A stretch of 64,000 nt of DNA from Octopus sinensis. Lineage: Eukaryota. The stretch spans positions 35,960,001 to 36,024,000 of the forward strand of contig NC_043007.1 in assembly GCF_006345805.1 (NCBI RefSeq). The letters run 5' to 3'. The notes beneath the pieces were generated by a model, which was given only the letters and a program-made list of their open reading frames with translations, was not told the DNA's origin and searched no databases. Positions 1 to 12,087 of this stretch are shown piece after piece; the first letter of the stretch is position 1; each line of letters starts with the position of its first letter. A program made the position numbers and the translations under genes.

Positions 1-458
1 ATTTTGGCTGGCATGCTAACAATTCTGCCAGCTTGCTGCCTTATAGCTCTTATTTAATAATGTTGTGTTAAAATTATACCCCACCTCTATAACTCAATAT
101 TGGGTGTGATCCCTTTTTTTACTTCCCCATTTTGAATTCTCAACATCATCCCTTCCTACTTTATATTCCTTGAAATGTATCTTTCTCCTATACACCCTCT
201 CATATCGGCCTTGAATGTCCCCCACCCCAACCATTACGTTTGTTTGTCACTCACTATTTCCACCCCTATGTATCTCTGACCTCCATCTCTGTCACTGTGT
301 ATCACACTCTCTCTCTCTCTCTCTCCACCACACACACTTCGCATCAACTCACTATTTCTTATTTATCTACAGCTTTATTATATTCTTGCTCTCCACCTAT
401 AGCATTTTTTCGTATTGCCACCTATCCCCTCCTCCTTCTCCTCTCTGACCCATTTGTA

Positions 459-1014
459 TTGGGTTGTCCGGAAAGTTTGTGCCAATTTTTAAAAGAAAGA
501 AAAAGGTCAATAGATACTTGCCATTATATTTTTAATCAACCAAATATGAACCATTTTGTTGCACAATGCATCTCCATCTTTCCTTTAACCTGAAAATACC
601 CTCTTCCCAGAATTGAGGTGGTTTCATGACAAAGAATTCATCAAGGTATCTTTTTACGTCATCCAAGGAATTGAAATTTTTACCATTAAGACTATTCTGC
701 AGAGACCTGAATAAGTGAAAATCCGAAGGAGCAACATCTAGTGAATATGGAGGGTTGGGTAACACATCCCAGCCAAGCTGCAGCAATTTTTGTCTGGTTC
801 CCAAAGCATCAAGTGCCGAAAATGAACTTTCATATCTTCCATTTTAAAGGGTTACAGAATTAACACATGTTATAGGAGCATAAACCTTCTTCCACAAAAA
901 GATAGCTTAAACTGTGCTCTAAATGGAGGTGTAGTCAAATCCTATTTTATGGACTCAACCATAAGTCGAAAGATGAGCTACTATAAATTGGCACGAACTT
1001 TCCGGACAACCCAA
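459..1014 (-). mobile_element. Internally deleted mariner DNA transposon
   Basis: ~30-bp TIRs TTGGGTTGTCCGGAAAGTT(T/C)GTGCCAATTT with one mismatch, TA on both sides (457-458, 1015-1016). Minus strand gives N-terminus MEDMKVHFRHLMLWE (ATG at 842) joined out of frame to C-terminus ...GWDVLPNPPYSLDVAPSDFHLFRSLQNSLNGKNF... (mariner YSPDLAPSD motif). Confidence 0.93.
532..804 (-). pseudogene. Mariner transposase C-terminal fragment
   Basis: PPYSLDVAPSDFHLF and GIFRLKERWRCIVQQNGSY match mariner transposase C-terminal motifs; DNA-binding and most of the catalytic domain are deleted. Confidence 0.9.
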
Positions 1015-1919
1015 TATTTTCTTTGCTATGACCACAACCCCTTCACAACTGACCATATCTCCTCATATTCACCATTCACTACATTCACCTCTATCCTTAT
1101 CTCAAACTATCAGTCACTCTCTTTCAACACTCTTGCAAAAACTCAAAATCTTGGCTATAAATATAGTTAAGATCGCAAAATAGATTAATATTTTTTTTTT
1201 AAATATCTCCGTGGCAATCATAAAAATTCATTCTTGAAAATTGTTCCATTAAAAAATTCTTTATTGTTGTTGTATTTAATTTCAGGAATTCAACAAATTC
1301 GTTGAATGTGACAAATTTGTTGAATCTAATAAATTAATTAGAAGAAATTTTCTTTTCTTTTAATTCAATCTATTTTCTTGAGCTTTATTCTCATGAAATT
1401 TAGATTCTTCACGTATTGTTCCTTTCTTCTTTTCTTCTTTCTCTGTTTTTTGTTTGTGTGTGTGTGGGGTGGTGTGTGTGTGCTTGTATGTGCATGCTTG
1501 TGTGTTTGTGTGTGTGTGTGTGTCCAGCACTCACATATATATATAAACATACACATAGATAACAGAAAAGATACACACACACATACACACACATACACAT
1601 ACACACAAACATTGAGATATAAACAGATACAAATACATTCATATATAACCAAAATACACATACTGATATCATAGATACAGTCACATATACTTACATATGT
1701 ACATACATACACATACAAACACATATTTACATACGCATACACACATATGAATATAAACATACATATTCACACAAATAACAATGTATACACACATTCACAC
1801 ACATACCCACAACACAACCACACATATGCAGATTAGATAAAGCACATACTCACTTATAAATATATGAGACCAAAATAGAAATTTAATCCTTAAATAATAT
1901 TAAAATATTTTCCACAAAC

Positions 1920-2632
1920 AGGCGCGATAGTGGCTGTGTGCTAAGTAGCTTGCTTACCAACCACATGGTTCCAGGTTCAGTCCCACTGCGTGGAACCTTG
2001 GGCAAGTGTCTTTTACTATAGCCTCGGGCTGACCAAAGCCTTGTGAGTGGATTTGGTAGACGGAAACTGAAAGAAGCTCGTCGTGTATATGGCACGTAAA
2101 AAGCAGAATCCGATCGTGGCCGTTGCCAGCCTCGCCTGGCCCCCGTGCCAGTGGCACGTAAAAAGCACCATCTGACCGTGGCCGTTTGCCAGCCTTGTCT
2201 GGCACGTAAAAAGCACCCACTACACTCACGGAGTGGTTGGCGTTAGGAAGGGCATCCAGCTGTAGAAACATTGCCAGATCAGACTGGGCCTGGTGCAGCC
2301 TTCTGGCTTCCCAGACTGCAGTTGAACCATCCAACCCATGCTAGCATGGAAAGCGGACGCTAAATGATGATGATGATGATGATAATATATATATATATAG
2401 GTATGTGTGTGTATATGTTTGTGTGTCTGTGTTTGTCTCCCCATTATCGCTTGACAACCGATGCTGGTGTGTTTACGTCCCCGTAACTTAGCGGTTCGGT
2501 CGTCAAAAGAGATCGATAGAATAAGTACTAGGCTTACAAAGAATAAGTCCTGGGGTCAATTTGCTCAACTAAAGGCGGTGCTCCAGCATGACTGAAACAT
2601 GTAAAATGACTGAAACATGTAAAAGAGAGTAA
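1920..2632 (+). mobile_element. tRNA-like SINE family A, with nested RTE 3'-UTR piece (2091-2383)
   Basis: Head GGCGC..TGGCTGTGTGCTAAG..GGTTCAGTCCC (A/B-box-like), CCTTGGGCAAGT core, internal TA/TG run, tail AAAAGAGAGTAAA; more than ten copies in the window. Confidence 0.85.
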
Positions 2633-2973
2633 ATATTTTGTATGAAAGGAAAAAAATTCAATCAGAAATCTTTGCTTGAAACTTTTGTTCTGTTAGTCTA
2701 AACATAATTAATGCAGGAACAGAGTACATAAAAAGTACATAATATATTTTAATTAGAAATAATTACACATTGTAGAACAAAACATTAGTTAATGATTAAT
2801 ATTGGTTTCACATTTTGGCACATGGCCAGCAATGTCAGGAGAGGACGAATTGATTACATCGATCCCAGTGTTCTATAGGAAATTATTTAATATATATATA
2901 TATATATGTGGGAGATAACTGTGAGGATGTTTTGGCATCATTATGGCCTCATCAGCAAATTCTAGATTTCACT

Positions 2974-3393
2974 GTACTCTTTTACTCTTTTACTTGTTTC
3001 AGTCATTTGACTGTGGCCATGCTGGAGCACCGCCTTTAGGCAAGCAAATCGACCCCAGGACTTATTCTTTGTAAGCCTAGTACTTATTCTATCAGTTTCT
3101 TTTGCTGAACCGCTAAGTTACGGGAACGTAAACACACCAGCATCGATTGTCAAGCGATGTTGTGGGGACAAACACAGACACACAAACACACACCCACATA
3201 TATATATATATACGTATATATGATGAGCTTCTTTCAGTTTCCATATTTGCTTTGGTCAGCTTTGGTCATCAAGGCTTTGGTCAGCTCGAGGCTATAGTAG
3301 AAGACACTTGCCCAAGATGCCACACAGTGGGACTGAACCTGGAAGCATGCGGTTCATAAGCAAGCTACTTACCACACAGCCACTCCTATGCCT
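2974..3393 (-). mobile_element. SINE family A
   Basis: Reverse complement of the family A consensus, with (TACTCTTT)n tail on +. Confidence 0.85.
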
Positions 3394-3662
3394 GTAGTTT
3401 ACAAAGTAAAAATATGTAAATAAATTCCTTTTTTATAGCAGGTATTCAGTTCTATCAACTGAACTACTGGTACATATAATTACCGAGTAATTTGTGGTTG
3501 AGTATTTCACAGACATATGCACCATTAGCACAATCATCAAGTACAATCAATATGTAAGGTATATGACAACATCGTACCTTTGAACTACAGGTGTGATAAT
3601 CCATCTGATAGGCTTCTTCATAGTTTTCATTCACCTGCGATCATTTACAAAAGCTTGATCTC

Positions 3663-4008
3663 CAATGGTTTTCAACTGAGTTCCATGTCACCCCAGGGAC
3701 TCCATACAAGATTTTTTGGGGTCCAGACAAACGAAATAGTAAACTGGGGATCCACAGTAGTATATTAAGGGTCCATAAAAAAATTTTGCTTTAGATGTAT
3801 TTTTATTCTTTTTCTTTTCTTTTTTCTTTTACTTGTTTCAGTCATTTGACTGTGGCCATGCTGGAGCACTGCCTTTAGTCAAGCAAATCGACCATAGGAC
3901 TTATTCTTTGTAAGCCTAGTACTTTTTCTATTGGCCTCTTTTGCTGAACCGCTAAGTTACGGGGACGTAAATACACCAGCATTGGTTGTGAAGCAATGTT
4001 GAGGGGGA

Positions 4009-4064
<56 letters not shown>

Positions 4065-4421
4065 ACGGGCTTCTTTCAGTTTCTGTCTACCAAATCCATT
4101 CACAAGGCTCTGGTCGGCCCGAGGCTATAAAAGAAGACACTTGCCCAAGGTGCCATGCAGTGGGACTGAGCCCAGAACCATATGGTTGGTAAGCAAGCTA
4201 CTTACCACACAGCCACTCCTAGTGCAAAAAAAAGGAAAAAAAATGCATTTAGGTTTCTTTCAGTGTATGTAGGTTAATATATGAAAAATGAAATAGGAAA
4301 TTTGAAAGAAATATCTATAAAACTTGTTTTTAAACAGTGAATGGCTATGATGGCGAGGGGTCCACCAGAAAAAAATACGAATCAAAGGAATTCATAGATA
4401 AAAAGCAGTTGAGATCCACTG
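3663..4421. mobile_element. Old hAT-like MITE interrupted by SINE family A (3813-4220, -)
   Basis: Degenerate TIRs CAATGGTTTTCAACTG / CAGTTGAGATCCACTG; no recognisable TSD; related internal sequence near 18410-18470. Confidence 0.5.
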
Positions 4422-4748
4422 AGTTAAATGAAAGCAGTAGCCTGAATGAGACAAATGGGTGCAGCAGTTTTGACACTTATGATATGGCTGACTGGTTATT
4501 CAGTCTACTTCGGAAACTGTACATTTTGGGGCAGGAGACAACAAACATTACCCCTCCCCACTACACACATACACACACACACACACACATTCATTCAAAG
4601 GAATATAGACATACAGACAAACTGAGACAGATTAAGCCTGGTAGTTATTTTATTGGTCTCTCTTTCCAAACCACAAAGTTTGGAAAATAAATGCACCAGC
4701 ACTGGCAGTGGGGGGGAAAAACATAGACACAAAGACACACACAGTTAT

Positions 4749-4781
<33 letters not shown>

Positions 4782-4805
4782 ATTTGTGTGTGTATGTATA
4801 TATAT

Positions 4806-5187
4806 CGCCTGGCCCCCGTGCTGGTGACACGTAAAAGCACCATCCGTTCGTGGCCGTTTGCCAGCTCTGTCTGGCCTCCGTGTCGGTGGCACGTAAAAGC
4901 ACCATCCGTTCGTGTCCGTTGCCAGCCTCGCCTGGCCCCCATGCCGGTGACACGTAAAAGCACCATCCGTTCGTGGCCGTTTGCCAGCTCTGTCTGGCAC
5001 CTGTGTGGGTGGCACGTAAAAAGCACCCACTACACTCACGGAGTGGTTGGCGTTAGGAAGGGCATCCAGCCGTAGAAACACTGCCAGATCTGACTGGGCC
5101 TGACGAAGCCTTCCAGCTTCACAGACCCCAGTTGAACCGTCCAACCCATGCTAGCATGGAAAGCGGACGCTAAATGATGATGATGAT
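4806..5187 (+). mobile_element. 5'-truncated RTE-like LINE 3' UTR (tandem ~55-60-bp units plus (GAT)n tail)
   Basis: Four (G/A)CACGTAAAAGCACC units, then GGCGTTAGGAAGGGCATCCAGC...CATGCTAGCATGGAAAGCGGACG and (GAT)n; the same sequence follows an RTE ORF2 end at 52748-53345. Confidence 0.75.
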
Positions 5188-5197
5188 ATATATAAAG

Positions 5198-5400
5198 TTA
5201 ATCCAAACATGAAAACACAAAGAGAAAACACAACAACACAAGGACATGGAACAAGGATAGTATTATTGGACACTCAGGAAAGGAAAGAAAGAAGGAGGAT
5301 TTAACATTTCGAGCAGAGCTCTTCATCAGAAACATAGGAAAAGGAAAGATCCAAGGAAGGGAAGACAGAGGAAGAAAATCGCCAATGATACACATGCGGT
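5198..5400 (-). mobile_element. Penelope-like repeat fragment with a minimal hammerhead-like core
   Basis: Minus strand GTTT-CTGATGA-A-GAGC-TCT-GCTC-GAAA-TGTT-AAAT at ~5299-5333; flanked by TA runs. Confidence 0.55.
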
Positions 5401-5436
<36 letters not shown>

Positions 5437-6269
5437 CACACACATATATATATATATGTGTATGTATGTATGTATGTATGTATGTATGTATGCATATATA
5501 TACACGACAGCTTTCTTTCAGTTTTTCTCTACCAAATCCACTCACAAGGATGTGGTTGGCCTGATTTTATAGTAGAAGATACTTACCCGAGGTACCACAT
5601 GTAGGACTGAACTCAGAACCATGTGATTGGGAAGCAAGCTTCCTACCACACAACTACACCTGCTCAATGGACATAGACCCACTCAATACATAAGTCTCTC
5701 TCTTCTGCCCTCCTATCACCCCTTTATATCTCACTCCCAGTATTATGCTCAAAAACACTCCATCCAAACCTTCTCTCTGCAGAAGTTCACTGCCGACCCT
5801 CAATCATAAACAAATACAGCTTTTGCTAATTGTTTTAGGTTTCCGTATGGTTACAAGCAGACATAGAGATCCTCATGGCTTTCTCACCATTTGGTCCAGT
5901 TATACGCCCAGGAGATGTCAGCTAGAGACGAAGAGAGTGAGGGAGAGAGAGCTGCTCCAGCTCTCTGTCAGCACTCATTTACATCTGAGTAGCCTGGAGC
6001 AATGTGAAATGAAGTACCTTTCTCGAGGGAGGAAGAGAGGGACTTATGTATTGAGTGGGTCTATGTCCATAGTGCAGGCATGGTTGTGTGGTACCTTGGG
6101 CAAGTGTCTTCTACTATAGAATCAGGCCAACCAAAGCCTAAGGCCTTGTGAGTGGATTTGGTCTACAAAAACTGAAAACAAAACTGTCATATAAATATAT
6201 ATAGTCACTATGAGGATATTTAGACCTCTTACAGGGATATTTTTATCTAAGATACTATGGCTTAATATA

Positions 6270-6553
6270 TTGTATTCGAATCCTGGACCTGGCTGCGTGT
6301 TGTGTTCTTGAGCAAGACACCTTATTTCACGTCGCTCCAGTTCACTCAGCTGTAGAAATGAGTCACAACGTCACAGGTGCCAAGCTGTATCGGCATTTGC
6401 CTTTCCCTTGGATAACATCGGTGGTGTGGAGAGGGGAGGCTGGTATGCATGCGCAACTGCTGGTCTTCCATAAACAACCTTGCCCGGACTTGTGCCTGGG
6501 AGGGTAACTTTCTAGGTGCAATCCCATGGTCAGTCATAACCGAAGGGGCTCTC
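6270..6553 (+). mobile_element. tRNA-like SINE family D
   Basis: TTCGAATCC B-box-like, GTTCTTGAGCAAGACAC, CTAGGTGCAATCCCATGGTC; homologous copies at 25117-25440 (-), 41186-41352 and 62862-63175. Confidence 0.75.
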
Positions 6554-6784
6554 AACATATGTATGTGTGTTTTTGTGTCTGTATTTGTGCCACACTATCA
6601 TTACTTGTGTGTTTACATCCCTATAATGTAGCGGTTTGGCTAGAGAGACTGATAGAATAAGTACCAGGCTTTAAAAAAATTACGTATTGGGGCTGATTCA
6701 TTCAACTAAAAATTCTTCAAGACAGTGCTCCAGCATGGCCGCAGTCAAATGCCTGAAACAAATAAAGTGTAAAAAGTAGAAAAT

Positions 6785-7192
6785 AGGCGTAGGAGTGGCT
6801 GTATGGTAAGTAGCTTGCTCACCAACCACATGGCTCCGGGTTCAGTCCCACTGCGTGACACCTTGGGCAAGTATCTTCTACTATAGCCTCGGGCTGACCA
6901 AAGCCTTGTGAGTGGATTTGGTAGACGGAAACTGAAAGAAGCCTGTCGTATGTATGTATATATGTATGTGTATGTATATGTTGTGTATCTGTGTTTGTCT
7001 CTCTAACATCGCTTGACAACCAGTGCTGGTGTGTTTACATCCCTGTAGCTTAGTGGTCTGGCAAAAGAGACCGATAGAATAAGTACTAGGCTTACAGAGA
7101 ATAAGTCCTGGGGTCGATTTGCTTGACTAAAGATGGTGCTCCAGCATGGCCACAGTCAAATGACTGAAATAAGTAAAAGAGTAAAAGAGTAT
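6785..7192 (+). mobile_element. SINE family A, full length
   Basis: Complete head, body and (AGTAAAAG)n tail. Confidence 0.88.
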
Positions 7193-7345
7193 AGAGGAGT
7201 ATAGTGTGCACCATATGGATATGGAGTATCTGACACCCTATCACTCTGACTGACTGCGATACTCCCTGTATGCACACAGAGTGTCTCAGTTTGAATTGAA
7301 CTCAAGACCACATGTAACCACTGAACCATGTACTTTCATTTAGAA

Positions 7346-7604
7346 CAGGGGTTCCCAAACTTTTTCGAGCTGCCACCCCCTTGACACCCAGGCCACATTC
7401 CTAGCAACCCCATCACAAACCTAGATCTCTTGCTGAAGCAAATTCAAAACAACTGTATTCCACGAATAAAACCTAATGAAACCATTATTTTGTTGTTTTT
7501 ACATGAATCACTCCCCCATTATTGCCCCACTTTTCTTCAATGCCCCCTTGGAACTTTCCACTGCCCCCAAGGGGAGGCAATACCGCCCACTTTGGGAACC
7601 ACTG
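7346..7604. mobile_element. hAT (Charlie-like) MITE
   Basis: TIRs CAGGGGTTCCCAAA / TTTGGGAACCACTG; perfect 8-bp TSD ATTTAGAA (7338-7345, 7605-7612); a related end lies at ~17470-17535 (-). Confidence 0.9.
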
Positions 7605-8299
7605 ATTTAGAACTACAACTTTATGGGATCACCTTCCCTTGCTGGCAACAATGTCTCTATTACTCATTGACCTACTGATGTTCAAACTAGACAGCACCCT
7701 CCCATCATCCTTACCAATGTTCTAGGGTATTTTGAAGCTTGTAGGCATTACTTCCTTTTTATTTTGGCTAAGAAATTTACAAAAAAAAATAGTTTTAATT
7801 CCAGTTTTTTTCTTTCAAAATTTTTTTTAAGATCTGAAAAGAAAAAAAAAAATTCTACTTAATTTTATCTAATTTTACCTAATTTTTATCTAATTAAAAT
7901 TGAAAGGAAATTATTGAAGGTAATTTAGCTGACATTATCCATTAAGAATGTGATACAAACAAACCCCAAGAATAATTCTTCAGGAGATGCAACATTGGTA
8001 ATAACAAACATTTAAAATGCTAAGTTTGTATATATGCTGAATGAAGAAAAAAATAAAGAAAAGAAATATAAACAATTTGCGCACTTAAAATAATAAAATA
8101 AAACTAAATGAAATAATGAGAAAATAAAAATAAAGAAAAAATAAAGTGAAATTAAAATTTAAAAAATTATTAATAAATATAAAATAATTTTTTGATGAAA
8201 AAAAATGCATTCTTAAAAGCTTAAAGAAGTAGGTTATCTGAGATAGTTCTTCCTGATATGGCTCATACCCCATTAAGTTGTTTAATTCGTTCTGATGAA

Positions 8300-8499
8300 T
8301 GTGTGTGTGCGCGAGTGTGTGTGTGTGTGTGTATGCATGTGTATGCATGTGTGTATGTATATGTGTGTGTGTGTGTGTGCATGCATGTGTGTGTGTGCAT
8401 GTGCGTATATATATATATATATATATACATATATATGTATGCATATCTACATAAGTATGTATGTATATCTATATATATGTACATATGTGAATGCATCTG

Positions 8500-8535
<36 letters not shown>

Positions 8536-8621
8536 TGTATATATACATATATGTATATGTATATATATATATCAAATGAGAGTGAATGGGTGGGCTGTAT
8601 ATATATTTCTGTGTATGTATG

Positions 8622-8653
<32 letters not shown>

Positions 8654-8720
8654 AGAGTATGTGTAAATAATATATGTACATGTGTATGTCTATATATATA
8701 TGCTTGCATGTGTATGCATA
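8300..8720. repeat. Compound (TG)n/(TA)n microsatellite
   Basis: Dinucleotide runs seen directly. Confidence 0.9.
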
Positions 8721-9033
8721 ATGAGTCTCTTGGTGTGTGTATTTGGAATAGTTGTCATGGTCGTAGTATAGTAGTGGTAGTAGTAGTAGTAGTAGTAGCA
8801 GCAGCAGCAGTAGCAGCAAAGCTTGTGCAAACAAATAAGAAAATACTCTCAATATAGAACTCGTAGAGAGAATGTTGTTTGTGTTTCAAGTGGAAAAATC
8901 CAGCATGTCACGTAATGACTATCTCTCAGAATGGAGTGGCGTCTAATTGATCAGCTGAGAGTCTCAGTTTGGAATACATCTACCTTCCAGACTCTATCTC
9001 GCTCTCTGTATGTGTGTGTGTGTGTGTATATAT

Positions 9034-9420
9034 ATCATCATCATCATCATCATCATCATCATTGTTTAACGTCCGCTTTCCATGCTAGCATGGGTTGGAC
9101 GATTTGACTGAAGACTGGTGAACGTGATGGCTGCACCAGACTCCAATCTTGATCTGGCAGAGTTTCTACTGCTGGATGCCCTTCCTAACGCCAACCACTC
9201 CGAGAGTGTAATGGGTGCTTTTTATGTGCCATCGGCACGAGGGCCAGTCAGGCGGTACTGGCAACGGCCATGCTCAAATGGTGCTTTTTATGTGCCACCT
9301 GCACAGGAGCCAGTCCAGTAGCACTGGCAATGACCTCGCTCGAATGTTTTTTCATGTGCCACCAGCACAAGTGCCAGTAAGGCAACGCAGGTAACGATCA
9401 CGCTCGAATGGTGTTTTTTA
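9034..9420 (-). mobile_element. RTE-like LINE 3' UTR
   Basis: (CAT)n then AACGTCCGCTTTCCATGCTAGCATG...GGATGCCCTTCCTAACGCC and GGTGCTTTTTATGTGCC units. Confidence 0.75.
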
Positions 9421-10136
9421 CATGCTATATCGTATGCTATATACACTTAAGCCACATTTATATAAATATAAAGTAGGAGCATCTGTGTGTGTCTCCTCCT
9501 TCTGTCATCACCCTCTTTCTCTCCTCTCCTCTCCATCCGAGGGAACCATGTGTCTCTTCCAATGTAAGACACCCTCTCCGTCCCTCAACACCAGACCTCC
9601 CCAATTGAGGAATCCTGTCCTGCAAGTTACTTAGTGACCTCACACCGAGGTAACATGTAATATCCACAAATCATATCATAAGTACTTAAATCATGTTATA
9701 TATCTATAAATCAAAATCAGATATTATATGGGAATCAGACCATATATATATGTAAATATATTTATGTATGTCCATACACACACACATACATACACACGCA
9801 TATAAAATATGGTGATGATGATGTGAGTGAGATATAAGCATATATCACCATCATCCTCATCAGCATTATTGTTTTAATGTTCAATTTTCTATTCCAGCAT
9901 CTATCAGACAAAATTTGTTGAGGCAGATTTTCTATGGCAGGATGCTCTTCCTATTGCCAATATTCACCTGTTCCCATGCAAAGTAATATTTCTCCGTAAA
10001 CAGACACATTATTACTGATGTGAAGCATAAAGAGCTGGAAGAAAGTTCCAATTCTGCCAGGTTACCACCTTAACAATAACAACAACAACAATAATAATTC
10101 TTCTGAATTTGGGCTCAGAACTTGTATGGACTAGTG

Positions 10137-11424
10137 CAGGGATCACCAAAATATGGCCCATGAGCCATATCTGGCCTGCCGCCGCTCTGTACCTTTTGTG
10201 TAAGTACCTGCATTTGCCTCTGGCATGGCGTCAGTGTTTGTAACAACTTATGTCTGTGAGCAAACATTTTCAAAAATGGAGTCAAGTACATCAACATCAA
10301 AAAATCAAATGGAAATTGTAGTTGTGATACCTGTGCCGGTGGCACGTAAAAAGCACCATCTGAATGTGGCCGATGCCAGCACCGCCTTGACTGGCTTCCA
10401 TGCTGGTCGCACATAAAAAGCACCAACCGGTCATGGCTGTTTCCAGCCTCCCCTGGTGGCACGTAAAAAGCACCCACTACACTCACGGAGTGGTTGGTGT
10501 TAGGAAGGGCATCCAGCTGTAGAAACACTGCCAGATCAGACTGGAGCCTGGTGCAGCCTCCTGGCTTCCCTGGTCGAACCGTCCAACCCATGCTAGCATA
10601 GAAAACAGACATTAAACGATGATGATGATGATGATGATGCTGATGAAATATGTGAAGTCAGCTCATCAAACAAGAGTGACTGATGAACATTTGAAAGCAA
10701 TTCTCTTGGCTGGATGCAGCAATTCCAAAGCAAATATTGATGATATGTTAAAAGTTAAACTAAACATTTTTGCTGCTTAGTTTGTGAGATTCGGATATAT
10801 GTGAACTGGGTGTAATATAACTAGCTTATTGCTAATGTTGTTTTCTTTGAAAGCGGCAGCTGGCAGAAACGTTAGCATGCAGGACGAAATGCTTAGCGGT
10901 ATTTCGTCTGCCGTTACATTCTGAGTTCAAATTCCACCGAGGTCGACTTCGCCAGTCATCCTTTCGGGATTAATTAAATAAGTACCAGTCACGCTCTGGG
11001 TCGATGTAATTGACTTAATCCGTTTGTCTGTCCTTGTTTGTCCCCTCTGTGTTTAGCCCCTTGTGGGTAGTAAAGAAATAGGTATTTCGTCTGCTGTTAC
11101 ATTCTGAGTGCAAGTTCCACCAAGGTCGACTTTGCCTTTCATCCTTTTGGGGTCGATAAATTAAGTACCAGTTATGCACTGGGGTCGATGCGATCGATTT
11201 AATCCCTTTGTCTGTCCTTGTTTGTTCCCTCTATGTTTAGCCCCTTGTAGGCAATAAAGAAATAAATGTTGTTTTCTTTGATAACTTTTTGGTAAATAGA
11301 TATGTTGGTTGTCTTTATTTTTTTGTGTATTCACTGTATTCTATTGAACAAAATGGTTATGCAGCCCATGATCGTGATTCTCTCAGTTATCTGGCCTGCT
11401 GTGAAAAGAGTTTGGTGACCATCG
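10137..11424 (+). mobile_element. Deleted hAT (Charlie/SPIN-group) transposon with a transposase C-terminal relic and nested retroelements
   Basis: Degenerate TIRs CAGGGATCACCAAAAT / AGTTTGGTGACCATCG. MASVFVTTYVCEQTFSKM (10225-10278) continues after an RTE-tail insertion as MKYVKSAHQTRVTDEHLKAILL (from ~10643), matching the hAT dimerisation motif STYxCEQxFSxMKxxKSxxRxRLTDxHL. Confidence 0.8.
10851..11265 (+). mobile_element. tRNA-like SINE family B, tandem dimer
   Basis: GCGGCAGCTGGCAGAAACGTTAGC...GAGTTCAAATTCC...GGGTCGAT...AGCCCCTTGTGGGTAGTAAAGAAATA, followed by a second partial unit; same dimer at 19700-20112. Confidence 0.82.
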
Positions 11425-12087
11425 AACTAGGAGAATCTGAGTGTTTAATTAAAACAGAGCATTGCCTTGCTGGCCGAACCACACAGATATGATGCAATTT
11501 CTACCCAGTGCTCTGAATATCAAATTGAAATAAACAACACTGCTTATATGATGGTGACACTCATTTACAGTTTCTGTGTGATGTCAAGACAAGGGGACAC
11601 AAACACTTGTACACATGCATACATACACCTGCACATGCACACACACACACACACCACACACACACACTGATATGATGGGCAACTTCTAGTTTCTGTCTAC
11701 CAAATCCACTTGCAAGGCTTGCAAGGTTGGCCTAGAGCTATAGCAAAAGGCATTTTCCCAAGGTGCTATGAAGTAGGATTGAACCCAAAATCACATGGTT
11801 TGGAAACATACTTAAACATACTTAAAGATACTGCAATGTCTTCACCTCCTACCACAAAATTCTGGAACAGATACTACAAGACATCTTGCCTAACATTCTA
11901 AGAACTTCCCAACCAACAACCCTTAATTGGTATTGAATTTTATTGCCTTCTCAAGGACGAAGGATAAAATTGTCCTCAGCAAGATTTGAACTCAAAGCTA
12001 CATGTATATGTGTTTGTAAATAGATGGAACTTTGTAGTTTCTGTGTGGCTATCCATGAGGTCAACAAACACCTAAAATGATCTAGAG

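Noticed and set aside
4806-5030. Repeat-spacer pattern resembling a CRISPR array
   Set aside because: Eukaryotic context, spacers are homologous to each other, no cas genes; it is a LINE 3' UTR array
8858-8990. Unique island between microsatellites as a possible exon
   Set aside because: No compatible splice pair or recognisable reading frame
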